Shown piece by piece: positions 1 through 15,179 of a DNA stretch of 64,000 bases (position 1 is the stretch's first letter; each line of letters starts with the position of its first letter). The position numbers and the translations under genes were made by a program. The notes beneath the pieces are model-generated. The model made no database searches, was not told where the DNA came from, and was given only the letters and a program-made list of their open reading frames with translations. The stretch comes from the human T2T-CHM13v2.0 reference genome, Homo sapiens, in NCBI RefSeq assembly GCF_009914755.1, contig NC_060936.1; one strand, written 5' to 3'.

Positions 1-1343
1 TACTGCTGTACTATCTTTTACACTTAATGCCTAAGTGAGCCTGTGGGGATGAAGCTCCTGCTCTGCCCTGTGGCCTGGGTCACTTCACCCCACAGGTGTG
101 CTCTACTATGATCTGCTCCTGAGTTTGGCGATGGGGACCTTCAAAGCAAAAAAATACAGAGCATCCACTCCTTCTGATCACGTTATATCCAGATGTACAG
201 TACCTGGACTATATTACAGTCCTGTCACATTCCAGAGTCCACATATGCCTTTGTCCACTGACATTCATTTGAAAAGACTCAAATTCCAGTGAGGCCAAAC
301 CAGACAATGACCCAGAGAGTCTGTTCAGCTCACCCCTCTCCTCAGAGCCTGGATCTGTGGGGGCATCCCTTTCAATACACAGCTAGGTTTGGGCATATTA
401 TTCATTTTTTTAAATTAAAATCACATCTATGAAGGTAAGTGTTTGATTAAAAAATTAATTTGGACACAACTGGCATTTTAAAAATATTAATCTTTTTCAT
501 CCAAGAACATTGTGCTTTCCCAATCTTTCTATATCCTTCACAAAATTTTGAATTATAATTTTCTTCCTTTCATCCTGTGTAGTCTTCAGATCACAAATCT
601 GTGGCATGTAAATTCTTTTTTATCCATAATTGAAACCATCAGAATTTCAAAGCAGTTTTTAAGAAAACAGATTTGTTCTAACAACCGTTGATAGGAGGCA
701 AAATTAACACAGATTCACCCAGCCTTCACCTTCTACATATGTATTATAACTCATGTTTATCTTTGTAAATACTGAAAGATCTTGTCATGAATCAAAGATT
801 AAAACATCTATATAGTTTATTCTAATCATAAAAAAACTGACTTCCGTTATTTGTTTAAAAATCTTATTCCACACATACAAAATAACCTTTACACTTAAAT
901 AAATGCTACTTATTTGAAAGTAATATACCTATTGCAGAGACTTTTATGTCAACACTGTTGCCATTGTACAGATTTTGAAACTCCTCTTTTTGCAACTGTT
1001 TGCCATTTTAAAAAATTTCAGAAACCTTGTCTTCTTTCAGCATTGATTCATTCTATATTAACTTGGCCAGCTAAAACATTCAGAGATATAGTCAGATATA
1101 TTTTCATACTACTTTACTCAGAAATAGTTACTCAATTTCTTTGTGCCTCTTCAGGCTTCGAGTTTCTAAAAAATAAATAAGACTAATTTCTCAATGATTT
1201 CCTGAGGATATTTTGTATCTGTGAAGTTTTCTGCAAATACGCAGTTTGCTTAACTAAATTCTGCATTTATGAGAACTCATAAAGCAAAAAACTGATGTCT
1301 CCTCCCATCCTCTGACTCACTGCTCCGCTGCATTAACCTTTCT

Positions 1344-1447
1344 AGTCCTCCAGCATGCCAAGTTGAGGGCCTTTTCTGAACCGATATTCCCTCTCAGTCC
1401 TCCAGCACGCCAAGTTGAGGGCCTTTTCTGAACCGTTGTTCCTCTCT
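1344..1447. repeat. 52-bp tandem duplication (2 copies) in IPO8 intron 1
   Basis: AGTCCTCCAGCA(T/C)GCCAAGTTGAGGGCCTTTTCTGAACCG starts at 1344 and again at 1396. Confidence 0.9.
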
Positions 1448-2538
1448 CTGCTCTTTGCCTGGCCCATTCCTTCACAACATCCAACTCTCTACTCAATGCC
1501 ATTCTTCAGAGAATGGCTATACATCCCAACACTCTTGCTCGGGCTTTACTCTCCACAGCACTTATGACCTGAAATTATATTAGTTACTTGCCTGTATCCC
1601 CAGCTCCATGGAAACAAACTCTTATACCAATATCTGCAACATAGTAACTTAATAAATATTTCTGTGCTATTTACATAAACAAATTATCTTAATAAAGGGT
1701 AATGAAAATTGCATGTACACATGCATGGAAAGCAGAGATTCAAAAGCTTGGCAATCAAAGTAAAAACTTATTTCCCTACCGAGGCCATGTGAAGGATAAT
1801 TTATTAAAAGAGGACACCTTTCTGGATGAATTACTTAAGCAAGGTACCTACCCATTCCTATTCCTCTATGCTGCCTCTAATGGGACTTCTGGTCTATAGA
1901 AAATGAGGAAGATGTATAGGGTTCGCTCAATATCCTGAGATAAAACTACAAATACATTTTCCCACAGAAACAATATCACAAATAGCAGTCAGAAAACTAC
2001 TCACTAGTAACAGAAAAATGCTGGCCTGAAAAAAATATATAGCTCCAAATGAGAATTTATCCATTGGAATATAGGCTGTGGTGCAGAAGCTGCTTATTTT
2101 TCTAAACGGCAATTGACAGATCCATCAGTATACCGCAGAAGCTGCTCCCATTCCCTATGCAGAACATACTTGCTGAGGGGAGACCTAGACTAAAGTCGAA
2201 GAGGTGGACCATAACCACTTATGGTGATTTACCCACTCATTTATCCAACAAAGTCGGATGTTACAGTGGTGGCAAAGGACAAGCAGGCAAAACCCATCAT
2301 CATAAGCATGTTTTACTACACTGTTAGGTGACATTATATTTTGTTCTATTTACAGCCGATTCAAAAAACCTTAAAGCATTTCACTATGCTTTATATAAAT
2401 TATAAATGCTAAATGAGTGGTATAGCAATAAGCTATCTTTAGAAATTGCTGGGGAAACCACGGTCTGTGATGAGGTGGGACACTATGGGGCAGGGCAGAG
2501 TGATGATGGAATGGATTTGGATTGAACTACCATCAAGA

Positions 2539-2580
2539 GTCTACGGCCATACCACCCTGAACGTGCCTGCTTTTGTCTGA
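2539..2580 (+). pseudogene. 5S rRNA 5' fragment (3'-truncated retrocopy)
   Basis: GTCTACGGCCATACCACCCTGAACGTGCCTGCTTTTGTCTGA matches the first ~42 nt of human 5S rRNA (GTCTACGGCCATACCACCCTGAACGCGCCCGATCTCGTCTGA) with mostly CpG-type decay. Confidence 0.9.
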
Positions 2581-3174
2581 AATACCATGGGAAAAAAAAT
2601 AGGATTGGGTCTTAAATGTCTCCTAGTTCTGCAGGCTTTCTCATATACTTTTTCCACTTCTATAACATCAACTGTACTTATATACTGATGAATCAGAAAG
2701 AAATGAAGGTTAGGTGAAGGGCAGGGAAGTGTAACCTGATATCAAAGGAACACCTGGCCTCATTGTGAGAAGGGGGTCATAAACAGGCCAACTCCCCTGT
2801 TCATATTAGTAGACTGCAAATTCAGCTCCTGCTTTGTTCTTCCTAACTAACCCCTGGATTACTATTCTTCCAGCCAGCCAACATACAGTACTTTTACTCT
2901 GCAAAGCCTGGGACAGGTACTGACTTTAACTTCCCCCTATTCTAAGTGACAGTCCATTTCTTTTTCAGGCACCAGTGCATTATCTTTGGGCATTAGTTCA
3001 ACCCAACCTCCTCTCCATTGGCAGTGTCTTCACTCTCCCTTTTATCTCTGGGGAATCCTGCATTTATACCTACTCCAAACTCCACCTAGGTTTCCTATTA
3101 AAATAATCCCTTTCAAAGATTCCCAACACGCAGCTTTTTAAAGTCAATTCCAACAGAAACATTTACTTAGGACA

Positions 3175-3360
3175 GTCACACTTCAGTCACACTTCGGGAG
3201 GCACAGAATCACCTGGGGGAGCTAGTTAAAATACAACTGGTCCCACCCCCACAGTTTCTGATTCGTTAAGTCTGGACTGAAGCCCCGTAATTTGCATAAT
3301 TTGTAAGTTCTCAGGTGATGCTGAAGCTCCAGGTCCTGGGCAACGCTTTGAGAACAGCTG
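3175..3360. mobile_element. MER5A-like hAT-Charlie DNA transposon fossil
   Basis: CAGAATCACCTGGGGGAGCT...GTTTCTGATTC...AAGTTCTCAGGTGATGCTGA...CTTTGAGAAC motifs; boundaries approximate. Confidence 0.7.
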
Positions 3361-3926
3361 ATTTTGGAATATTTACATTTTACAAGTCATCACAACCTAA
3401 AACAGCTGTTGCTCCATCCCAGTGGTAGCTCTTAATCCCTACTTTTTAGTAAGAGGTCTGTGATTCTTAAGTACCGGTAGGGAAGAAGAAATAAGCTGGA
3501 GTTTGGGATCATTAAAATTTTGAAGTGTGGGGGTAACGCTGGAAAGACGTCAAGGCTAATTAGGAAGAACAGGAGACGGAGAAAAGAAAGAAGTCTTACA
3601 CATTTTAGCATTCATAAGAAATTTCTCCAACACATCTTACTTTGATGTGTCTTAGATAAAGCAGTATCACCATGAAAACTGCCTATTCTTCCCAGAGCAC
3701 TCTCCCAACAGCACTGCCCAGCGCTCCGCAAAACTCGGCCAATCGGTGTCAAAACAGTCCTGCCAACCCGACAGGAGGAGGCGGTGGGCAGCGTGCTCCA
3801 CAGCAACACCTAAAAAGGGCTGGGTTTGGAAAAAAGCTGAACTCAGATTTGAACTGTAAGTAAAATTCCCACCTGCTCCCCAAGTCCGCGCACTTAAGGA
3901 AAATAAATCACACCCTGAAAACACTA

Positions 3927-4800
<874 letters not shown>

Positions 4801-5129
4801 CAAATTAAGCATATCTGGATGGTGTGACACTTTTTGTTAGTCCGAGAACTGTATGGGCATCGCAACTGGGCCTGTTCCAAGATAGACTTGTTGGGACCTT
4901 CAAATCATGTACCTTACAGGAGGACAGGGTTCCTCCGTGTGTGGGAGTCATCGTTCATTCATTCATTCGCTTTCACTGAACATTTGTTAAACATATATTT
5001 TTGAACCAGAGTACTAGGATTTTTAGGTACCACATTATAACAAGATGAATTCCATGCAAGTTAATGTGAAGGAATTCACAACCTGATAGATGAGACAAAT
5101 ATAAACAAAAAAAATTTACAGTGTAGAAA

Positions 5130-5918
5130 TGATAGGGGAGTGCTGGGAAGGGAAGAGCGTGGTCCCTTTAAATGATAGGGATGGGCGAAGTGAAGTGCTG
5201 GGTAGAGGAGTGTGTGGTCCCTTGCTAGGGCTCCACGCCCACCGACCTAGGTGAGGACTGACACTCCTGCCTTCCAGCCCAAATGTTGCATTTCCCAAGA
5301 CCACCCTGGCCTGCCACTCCCCCATACTGTGCCTATGAAAACCCCAGACCCTAGCAGGCAGGTACACAGGCAGCCAGACGTCCAGAGGAGCATAAGGGTG
5401 GAAGAAGAGGAGCTCGCTGGCACATCCGCAGGCCATTCACGGGCAGAACGATGCGGAGGTTGGCCTGGGCAGTCGGAAAAGAGCCCGGGCCGCCAAGCGG
5501 CCTAACTCCAGAGGAAAACCATTTCCCTTCTGGGTCCCTCATCTGCTGAGGGCTACTTCCACTCAATAAAACTTTGCACTCATTCTCCAAGCCCACGTGT
5601 GATCCAATTCTTCTGGTACACCAAGGCAAGAACCCAGGATACAGAAAGCTCGCTGTCTGTGCGACAAGGTAGAGGGTCTAATTGAGCTGGTTAACACAAG
5701 CCCCCTAAAGGCAAACTGAAAGAGCATCCTGTAACACACACCCACTGGGGCTTCAGGAGCTGTAAACATTCACCCCCAGACTCTGTCAAGGGGTCGGAGC
5801 CCCACAGCCTGCCGGTCTGTATGCTTCTCTAGAGGTCTGAGCAGCGGGGCACTGAAGAAGCGAGCCACACCCCCAATGCACGCCCTGTGAGGGGGACAAG
5901 GGAACCTCTCCCATTTCA
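5130..5918 (+). mobile_element. Solo ERV1-class LTR, LTR1-like
   Basis: TG...CA termini (TGATAGGG...CCATTTCA), 4-bp TSD GAAA at 5126-5129 and 5919-5922, AATAAA at 5565; resembles recalled LTR1 consensus. Confidence 0.85.
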
Positions 5919-7375
5919 GAAAGACAAAGGTCACAGAAACTGAAAACTACATCCCTGAGAGTTTTATGAAAAATTTTCAGACCTTCTCAAAAATGTAGTG
6001 AAAGGTAAGCAGAAAAGTTATACTGTTTCTATCCACTGTGGCCATATCTGGCGCCACAATTTCAATGGCATGAAAATATCAAGGAGCTGGTTCTTCCTGA
6101 GGTTAACCCAGAAGAGAGGGTTCTAATTACATTTAATAAAGATGATGATGTGGGCAAAACACAGCTGAGGGGCTGTGATCTTTTCAGGAGCAGATAATTA
6201 AGATAGATTGGGTCAATTAACTGAGTTCAATTGAGAGAGTAGAAAACATGTGGCTGAAAACTTGGTGGCTTGAAAGCTTCCCCCTCAGTTGGATGCAAAA
6301 GTGCTTCACAGTGAATTTAACATGTCTAATTGCTTCCAGTATTGCCCCTCTTTAATCCATTATTCACACTATCATCAGAAGAAAGTTTCTGAAAAGTTAA
6401 TATTACTATGTCTCTTCCTTGATTTCTCATCAATTTCAAAATAAAATATAAACTTAGCACTCCAGAGTCTTATGAACACTATTTCACTAAACCACTCTCT
6501 TGGACATCATGAATGTCTAAAAAATTTTTTATCTCTGAAAATCTTAACTCCAATATCCTCTTTTATAATTAGAACTAATTCTTCCATTTCTCTCTTCCTC
6601 AAAAATTCTAAGCTTGTTTTCCAATTCAATCACTACTTCAGTTCTTAGTCTATCCATTACTCACTACACATCATTCTCTGCTATTAAACCCCCAATTCAG
6701 CTTCTTAACTCTAGCCTTGACCCACTGTGCAAACTGATATCAGATGTATTCTTTAATCAGATGCAACCATCCTATTCCTATTCCTTGCCTTTAATCAGCA
6801 ACATCTTCCATTCCCTCAGTGGCGTTTCAACTCTCAGGACTCTTCTCAAGCTCCCTACGCCTTCTCACCAAACCCTGCAAAGATGAGCAAAACCCTCAGG
6901 CTCAACTCAACAACAAATTCATCTCCGCTTATCCCTCTTCATCTCCTCTGCAGTCTGAACCCCATTCTCTCCCATCTCCTCCAGGACCCTGTTCCATAAA
7001 TCTCTCCTCTCTTAAATACATTTTTTCATTAAAATAAATTTTAGTCATTATAATGTGCTCATTGTTGACAATGTGTAAGTTTTTTTCGTACTTTTTCAGC
7101 CTCTTTTCCTCCACTGATTCAACCTCAGCCTAAAAACATTTCCCCCAGCAAAAAAATAATCTTCAGTAATGCTAATTATTGCTCATTCTTTTCCACTTCA
7201 TTCCAAAGAATGGTCTTCATTCACTGTGTCAGCTTACTTCCCATTCATGCTTCAACCACCTATCCCCAGGCTTCTCCCCCTCATTTCCCACTAAAACTGC
7301 CAAGCAAAGATGAACACCGACCTCTTTAGGGGGTATACCAACTGCAAGAGACATTTTTAGTTCTCAACTTAAATT

Positions 7376-7392
7376 TTCTCTCTCTCGCGCGC

Positions 7393-7444
<52 letters not shown>

Positions 7445-7470
7445 ATAGAGAGAGAGAGAGATTGAGAGAT
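7376..7470. repeat. Compound microsatellite (TC)n(CG)11(TG)16...(GA)n at the tail of an Alu
   Basis: Direct reading. Confidence 0.97.
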
Positions 7471-7479
7471 TGGGGGAGG

Positions 7480-7746
<267 letters not shown>

Positions 7747-8149
7747 TCTAATATCTGGTATCATATTTCATACTATTTTTAAATTATCTCTTTTCTTGTT
7801 TTCTCTTACAGAATACATTCCTAACCCTTTGATTACTCAATCGCCCAAGTCTTCGACGCTTCTCAGGACTCTGTCCTCAGCCATCTTCTCTTTCTCATCC
7901 ACCCATTTTTCAGTAATTTCATCCACTTACATAACTTTAACCATCAACTAAACAAAGATAGCTTACAAAACTAGTTGTAAGATCTCTTCCCTTAAACTAA
8001 ATATATCCAAATGCCTATACATTTCTACCAATATCTATCCCTCAAATCACTTAAGGCACATGTCTAAAACTGAACTCAGCACTGAAGATGATAGATTGGA
8101 GAAGGGAGAGACTTAAGGTAGTTATTCCAATAACATAAAAGGAGAGATC

Positions 8150-8875
8150 AAAAACGGTGACACCACCAAACGCTGGTGAGGATGTACAGAAACTGGATCA
8201 CTTATATGTTGGTGGTAACATGTACAGTGATACAGCCTTTCTGAAAACAATTGGGCAGTTTCTTTAAAAAACTGAATATGCAACTACCATATGACACAGC
8301 AATTGCACTCCAGAGCATTGGTCCTAGACAAATGAAGACTTGTGCTCATAAAAAAAACCTTGTGAGTGTATATGCAGCTTTATTCATCATAACCCAAATC
8401 TGGAAACAATCCAGATATCCTTCAGTGGGTGAATGGTTAAATAAACATGGTACATCTATACCATGGGATACTACTGAGCAACAAAAAAAAAGATACATGT
8501 AGCAACCTTGATGAATCTTCTGAGAATTACGCTGAGGGAAAGAAGCCAATCCCAAAGGTTGCATCTTGTCAAATGCCATTTATATAACATTCTTAAAATT
8601 TAAAAAATATAGAAGGATCCATGGTTGCTAAGGGTTAAAGTGGAGGTGGTGGCAAGGGGGAAGTGGGTGTGACTGTAGAAGGGCAATATGAGGAATTCTG
8701 ATGATGGAAATGTTCGTTTCTTGACTGTATCAATGTCCATATCCCAGTTGTGATGTTGTACTATAGTTTTACAAGATGTTACTGTTGAAGGAAACTGGAA
8801 AAATCGTACATAGGATCTATCTGTATCATTTCTTACAACTTCATGTGAATCTACAATTATATCAAAATAAAAATT
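8150..8875 (+). mobile_element. Old L1 (L1M) 3' fragment
   Basis: L1 ORF2-end/3'UTR motifs, ending TGTGAATCTACAATTATATCAAAATAAAA. Confidence 0.8.
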
Positions 8876-10205
8876 TTACCCAAAGTACGTAATTAAAAAG
8901 AGCTGATGTTCCCATGAAAACTTTGTATGCTTTGGACAGACTCACTGAAGACAAGTTACTAAAATACAATGCTATCAAATTAGGGGTGGCCAAGAAAACA
9001 GGAAAGATCAGAAAAAGCCATGAGCTCTCGGATTCTGCTCTCAGATTTCTTGGCAAGCGTTTTAAAATGATTTTCCCTAAACTATAATTTATGTTCAACT
9101 TACATATGACTCATTGTTTGAATCTTTTTTTTTCACTTTGCATAATGAGAGGCTTTCTATATTTATTGATGCCCTCAGCTCGTTTCAGGTAGAATTTGAA
9201 CCAGTGATATTGTCTTGTATTTTCATGGTTTGAAATATGCCTCCCCTCTCTGTGCCTGTTTCCTCATCTGCTTCCAAAAGCTGTTTTAGGGACTAGATGA
9301 GATAAGCCCATGGGACATGTGCAATAAATACATCATTGTAGTCTATTTAAGAGAAGAGAGGCCTTATTCAAAATTGCTGAATCAGACATCATCTCACACT
9401 ATGCCTGGCACACAATAAACAATCCGTCAGCACTGGTTGAATGAGTAAGTGAATGCATGTGAGAGAGAAGGGGTCCAAAACAGGATATCCACAGTAGGCA
9501 TGAAGGCCAAAAGATATAAGCCATTTCACAGGAAGAATCAACAGTAATTCGTGATGGGTTAGGTATACAAAGTAACTAAGGTAAGTCAAGAATGATTTTA
9601 AAGCTTCAAGCTTTGATGACCTATGGAAGTCATTAACCAGGGAAAACATAACTAGATTTTGGAGGAAAGATGAGTTAGCCTTTGGATGTATTGAACTAGA
9701 AGTGCTTATAGTTTACATGCCTAGAGATTTCCAGTGAATAACTCATCAATGAGCTGAGTGGGGAGGCAGGAAGCTATGGCCAGTGGAAGAGGAAGAAATA
9801 AAGGGATGGAGTTAAGAGAGCTGTAAGCCTTATGTGCACATAGGGCAGTTGACATCATAGAAGTGGATGGCATTACCCTAGAAATACAGCATACAGAATA
9901 ACTGGCATGATTACAGCTCAAATTACAGAAAGTAATTTTTACTCCAAGCACTGACACTGTGGACTTTTTTGAGATTTAACATTTTAGTCATCTAAATGGA
10001 ATATCACACAGCTGTCCTCCCCATCTGTTGGCAGCAGCTCATCTGTTGGTGTATGTTAGTAAGCTTGAATCTAATCCATACAGTAAAGAGAAAATGAGAG
10101 TTAAAAACCAACACTTGAAAATCCTATCTGTAAGTTTAATAATGCATCTCTTAAATACTATAAAGTTTATCATTAAAGACCTCTGCTCCAAGTGTCTAAA
10201 CTGAG

Positions 10206-10533
<328 letters not shown>

Positions 10534-10556
10534 CTATATGATAAGCACTTGAAATA

Positions 10557-10791
10557 TATCCCCTCGTATGCCCAAGGGATTGGTTCCAGGACATCCATGT
10601 ATACCCAAAGCCGTGTATACTCAAGTCCTCTAGTCAGCCCTGCAGAACACCAGGATACAAAAAGTCAGCCCTCCTTTATATTCGGATTCCATATCCTGCA
10701 AAAATTGATTGTATTTTCTATTGGCATTTGGTTGAAATTACATGTAAGTGGACCTGCGCAGTTCAAATCCATGTTGTTCAAGAGTCAACTG
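10557..10791. mobile_element. MER8-like Tigger-family MITE
   Basis: GGATTGGTTCCAGGAC near the start and GTGGACCTGCGCAGTTCAAATCCATGTTGTTCAAGAGTCAACTG at the end. Confidence 0.75.
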
Positions 10792-11404
10792 TATATGTGA
10801 GAATATATATATATATATAAATTTAGAGAGAGGAATTTATGTATATAATATATGGAGAATATAAAATACATAGGAATTGTTAAGAGGAATTTCTTAAAAA
10901 ACAAAAAATCAGTGATACATAAGCTAAAGTAATAGGAGTTAGAGCAGTGTTACAAAGTTTCTAAACAGGAGCCAGCAACTTTCTTCTCCAGAGGCTACAA
11001 TGATAGCAGTGATGGGAAAGGATGCAAGGTGCAAATAGTAGTACTAAATAGGACAGAAGAAAAAATATTTACTTTCAAATAAATTTGTCTTCAAGATGTT
11101 GTTTCTTCACCTCCTCAGGCTTTCCACTTTTCACATTGAAAAAGAGGCCATCCCCTTCCTCAGCTTCAGGACCTCTGAGAAACTATGACTTAAGACAACC
11201 TCAACTGAGTGGTTCATATAGTTCACAAAGTGTCTAGTTTGCCATAGTGCACCAAAAGCATATGAATGAGACAGCAGTGGAAAATATGTTAACAGCTGCA
11301 GCACTAGAGAGCTAAAGTAGATACTGCAGAGAATGTTGCACTGTATTTGGACTTGAGAGAGCTAGCTCTAGCTCAGCCCTTTTGATAATGGCCTTAGAAA
11401 GTCA

Positions 11405-12105
<701 letters not shown>

Positions 12106-12556
12106 GTTACATATATGGCAGTAAAGTATTAAGTGAAATGCAAAAATTAGTGTATTGTGGATAATACTTAGCCTTTTAAGTACTTAGGCTTTTTTTAAAA
12201 GTATTATCCCAGACTTGATAATTAAAACAAACCCTCAAACTATCCAAAGAAAGACAAGCAGGGTAGGTTCCCCTATAGCAACCTACCATTTTATCTCTTA
12301 GTTTAAAATTTTTAACAAAAAAGTGATATATACCTTTTAAGTTCTAAAGTTCAGAATGAAAAGCAAGTCTTCCTCCCCCAACAAGCCCCAAACCCTTTCC
12401 TTAAAGCTAACACCTTCAAATTTCTTGTATATCCTAGCAGAAAAAAGTTCAAGCAATCGGATATATGCTTTTACGATTTTTCACACAAATGAGATGTTAT
12501 CGATTCTGTTCTACTATTTGTAGGGCAAATTCCTAGTAGCGGAATTTCTGGGTCAA

Positions 12557-12558
<2 letters not shown>

Positions 12559-12608
<50 letters not shown>
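12559..12608. repeat. (GT)25 microsatellite within an old antisense L1 fragment
   Basis: Direct reading. Confidence 0.95.
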
Positions 12609-12611
<3 letters not shown>

Positions 12612-13891
12612 TACCTTAACAGTCATTACCAATTTACTCTCCAAAAATAGACTAATTTTATTCCAAACTACAGCATGAATGCCCATTTCCCCACATGCTT
12701 GCCAAAGTATGTGCCTTAAAACCTTAAATACGCTTACTGAAAATGTTTTCATGTATTAACTGCTTCTTCACATTCATTGCCCTTTTTTATTTATTGATTT
12801 CCTCCCACTGCAGGTGGCCATTTTGTCTTCTGATGCTGATATTTTCCTCCAATCAAAAGTCTTGTGGGAATAAATTATGTGTGTTTAATTTATCCTTAGG
12901 GCTTCTGGGTTTTGTGTCCCACTTAGAATGCTCTTCCATACCCCTACATTGGTGTTCCCTACCCTGACAAAAAATAATGCTATCATGAAGCCCCAAATGA
13001 GTAAGCCCTACCTTTTACATTCAAGCTTCCAGTCATCTTTTTGGTGACCCATTCTTTTTTTTTTCCTGTTTTTTTCCCCTTCATTTTAATCAACACTTTA
13101 CAAAGTACAAAATATACTGCCTTTTTTGGGAAACATTAGGTACTTTTTTCTCTCCATCATACAGTTACATGAATCTCGAGGGCTTTGTGTTTCTTCAATA
13201 AGAACATAAGCATGAAGCCCCAGGAGGTTGGGATAGGATGGTCAGTTCTCCCCTTCACCTAGACCTCGGGACCCATGAAGCATCATTGCTATGGATGGTG
13301 ACCTGTGCACGCCAAGTGAGGGCCAGAGGGGGCCGTGAGCAGGCAGGAAGTCCTCTGTATCCCCCTAAGATGGGGCTCTGGACCGGGCTCCTCAGAGCTC
13401 CACCATGCACCCACCATCCACTCATCCCCATCTCTCAAGATAAATTATTTTGGCATACAGCAAGATGAAGTCTTGGAATTGTTTTGCTGTTAGCACCCTA
13501 ATGTTTTGGAGCCAACTCTGCTCAACTCTTCCTGGACCATCTTCTGAATGTAGGTAAACTGAGGCAGTGGACAAGAAAATGCACTGAGCTTGGCCTGTCT
13601 TGAAACCTGAATTTGACCTGCTTTTCACCCCACACCCCATACCAGAGTTGGGGTCTCCAACTTTGTTGGATGTCCTTCCAGGATGACCCCCCAATAGGTG
13701 TGGGGTTGGTGCTCCATTCTTAAACAGTCAGCCAATTATCACAAGATTCTGAGCAAATAAAACAATGCAGTTAAGTGAATTGAATAGAAAAAGTGTAGTA
13801 AATAGACTACTTAGGGCAAAAAAAACCTTTTAAAAAACTATCCTTAGAGTAATGAGAAAATAACACAATCATGAAACAAGAACAGCATACA

Positions 13892-14210
13892 CAGTTGGCC
13901 CTCCATAGCCACAGGTCCCACATCCACAGATTGGAAATATTCAGGGAAACAAAGGATGCTTGCTTCTGTACTGAACATGTACAAACCATTTTTTCTTGTC
14001 ATTATTCCCTAAACAATCCAGTATAACAACTATTTACATAGCATCTACACAGCATATTATAATCTAGAGATGATCTAAAGTATACAGGAGGATGTGTGGA
14101 GGTTATTGGCAAACACTACTCCCTTTTGTATCAGGGACTTGAGCATTTGCAGATTTTAGTATCTGTAGGGGTCCTGGAAACAATCCCCCATGGATGCTGA
14201 GGGACAACTG
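13892..14210. mobile_element. MER2-like Tigger-family MITE
   Basis: Terminal inverted repeats CAGTTGGCCCTC...GAGGGACAACTG followed by TA; MER2 internal motifs. Confidence 0.8.
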
Positions 14211-14890
14211 TATGTAATGAACATTCAGATAACAGGTCTACTTAGAAATTTTGAATGTTAATGAAAATTTAAAACTTCATAAAAAGGTAGGAAGATAAAG
14301 TCAAAGAAATCTCCCAATAAAAATCAGAAACAAGAGAAAAGATAAGGAAGTTATAGAAGTGATCCAAAAATCTAGTTTTTGAATAGTAACACTTTCAGAC
14401 AGAGAGGAGGAAAAGTGTGATAAAAATCAAATGAATAATTAAAGAGACTTGCTCTCAGTGGGTGAAATGGACACACCTGAGGTGTCTGAATATTTGAATG
14501 TCGTTCATCTTTGTAGTCCCAGAGTCAGATACAAATCAGATAACCCAAATATTTGAAAGACTAATCATTACCAAAGTTTAGGGTCTTTGAAATAAAATGA
14601 ATAAAGGAGTAATGCTTGAGAAACAGAATTACTGAGGCTAAGTCCTCTTGGTATTAATAATGAATACAATCATTTTATAATCTAGCATTCAATATCTTGC
14701 ACTGGTAGCAAATGAGCTGTACCTGTAAACTGTCGAAATGAGAACAAAACTACTGTGGCCTAATCACGAAAGTGGTCAGTAAGAACACCCCTGATATAGA
14801 GTAGCAAGTAGAGAAACCAGAGAGCTAAATTTCTCATCAAAATTATTTAAAGTATTTGGCAGAGGAGGAGATAAGTCATACAAAAAAACA

Positions 14891-15179
14891 TTTTATTTTG
14901 AGACAGGGTCTCATTCTGCCACTCAGGCTGGCGTGCAATGGCACAATTACAGCTCACTGCAGCCTCAACGCCCAGGCTCAGGTGATTCTCCCACCTGAGT
15001 CTCCTGAGTAGCTGGGACTACAGGGGCACGACACCACACCTAGCTTATTTCTTGTATCTTTTTGTAGAGACAGGGCTTCACCATGTTGCCCAGGCTGGTC
15101 TAACTCCTGCACTCAAGCGATCCACCCACCTCAGCCTCCCAAAGTGCTGTGATTACAAGCGTAAGCCACTGTACCTAGC
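14891..15179 (-). mobile_element. Alu (AluJ-like)
   Basis: Antisense Alu dimer. Confidence 0.92.

Noticed and set aside
1344-1447. Direct repeats here and at 40962 as CRISPR-like arrays
   Set aside because: Only two adjacent copies with no unique spacers, in a human intronic context with no cas genes.
2539-2580. Functional 5S rRNA gene
   Set aside because: Only ~42 of ~120 nt, mutated, and lacking the internal promoter boxes.
13200-13720. GC-richer unique-looking intergenic patch, possible enhancer or extra exon
   Set aside because: No convincing splice-site pair, ORF or clear motif; function cannot be supported from sequence alone.
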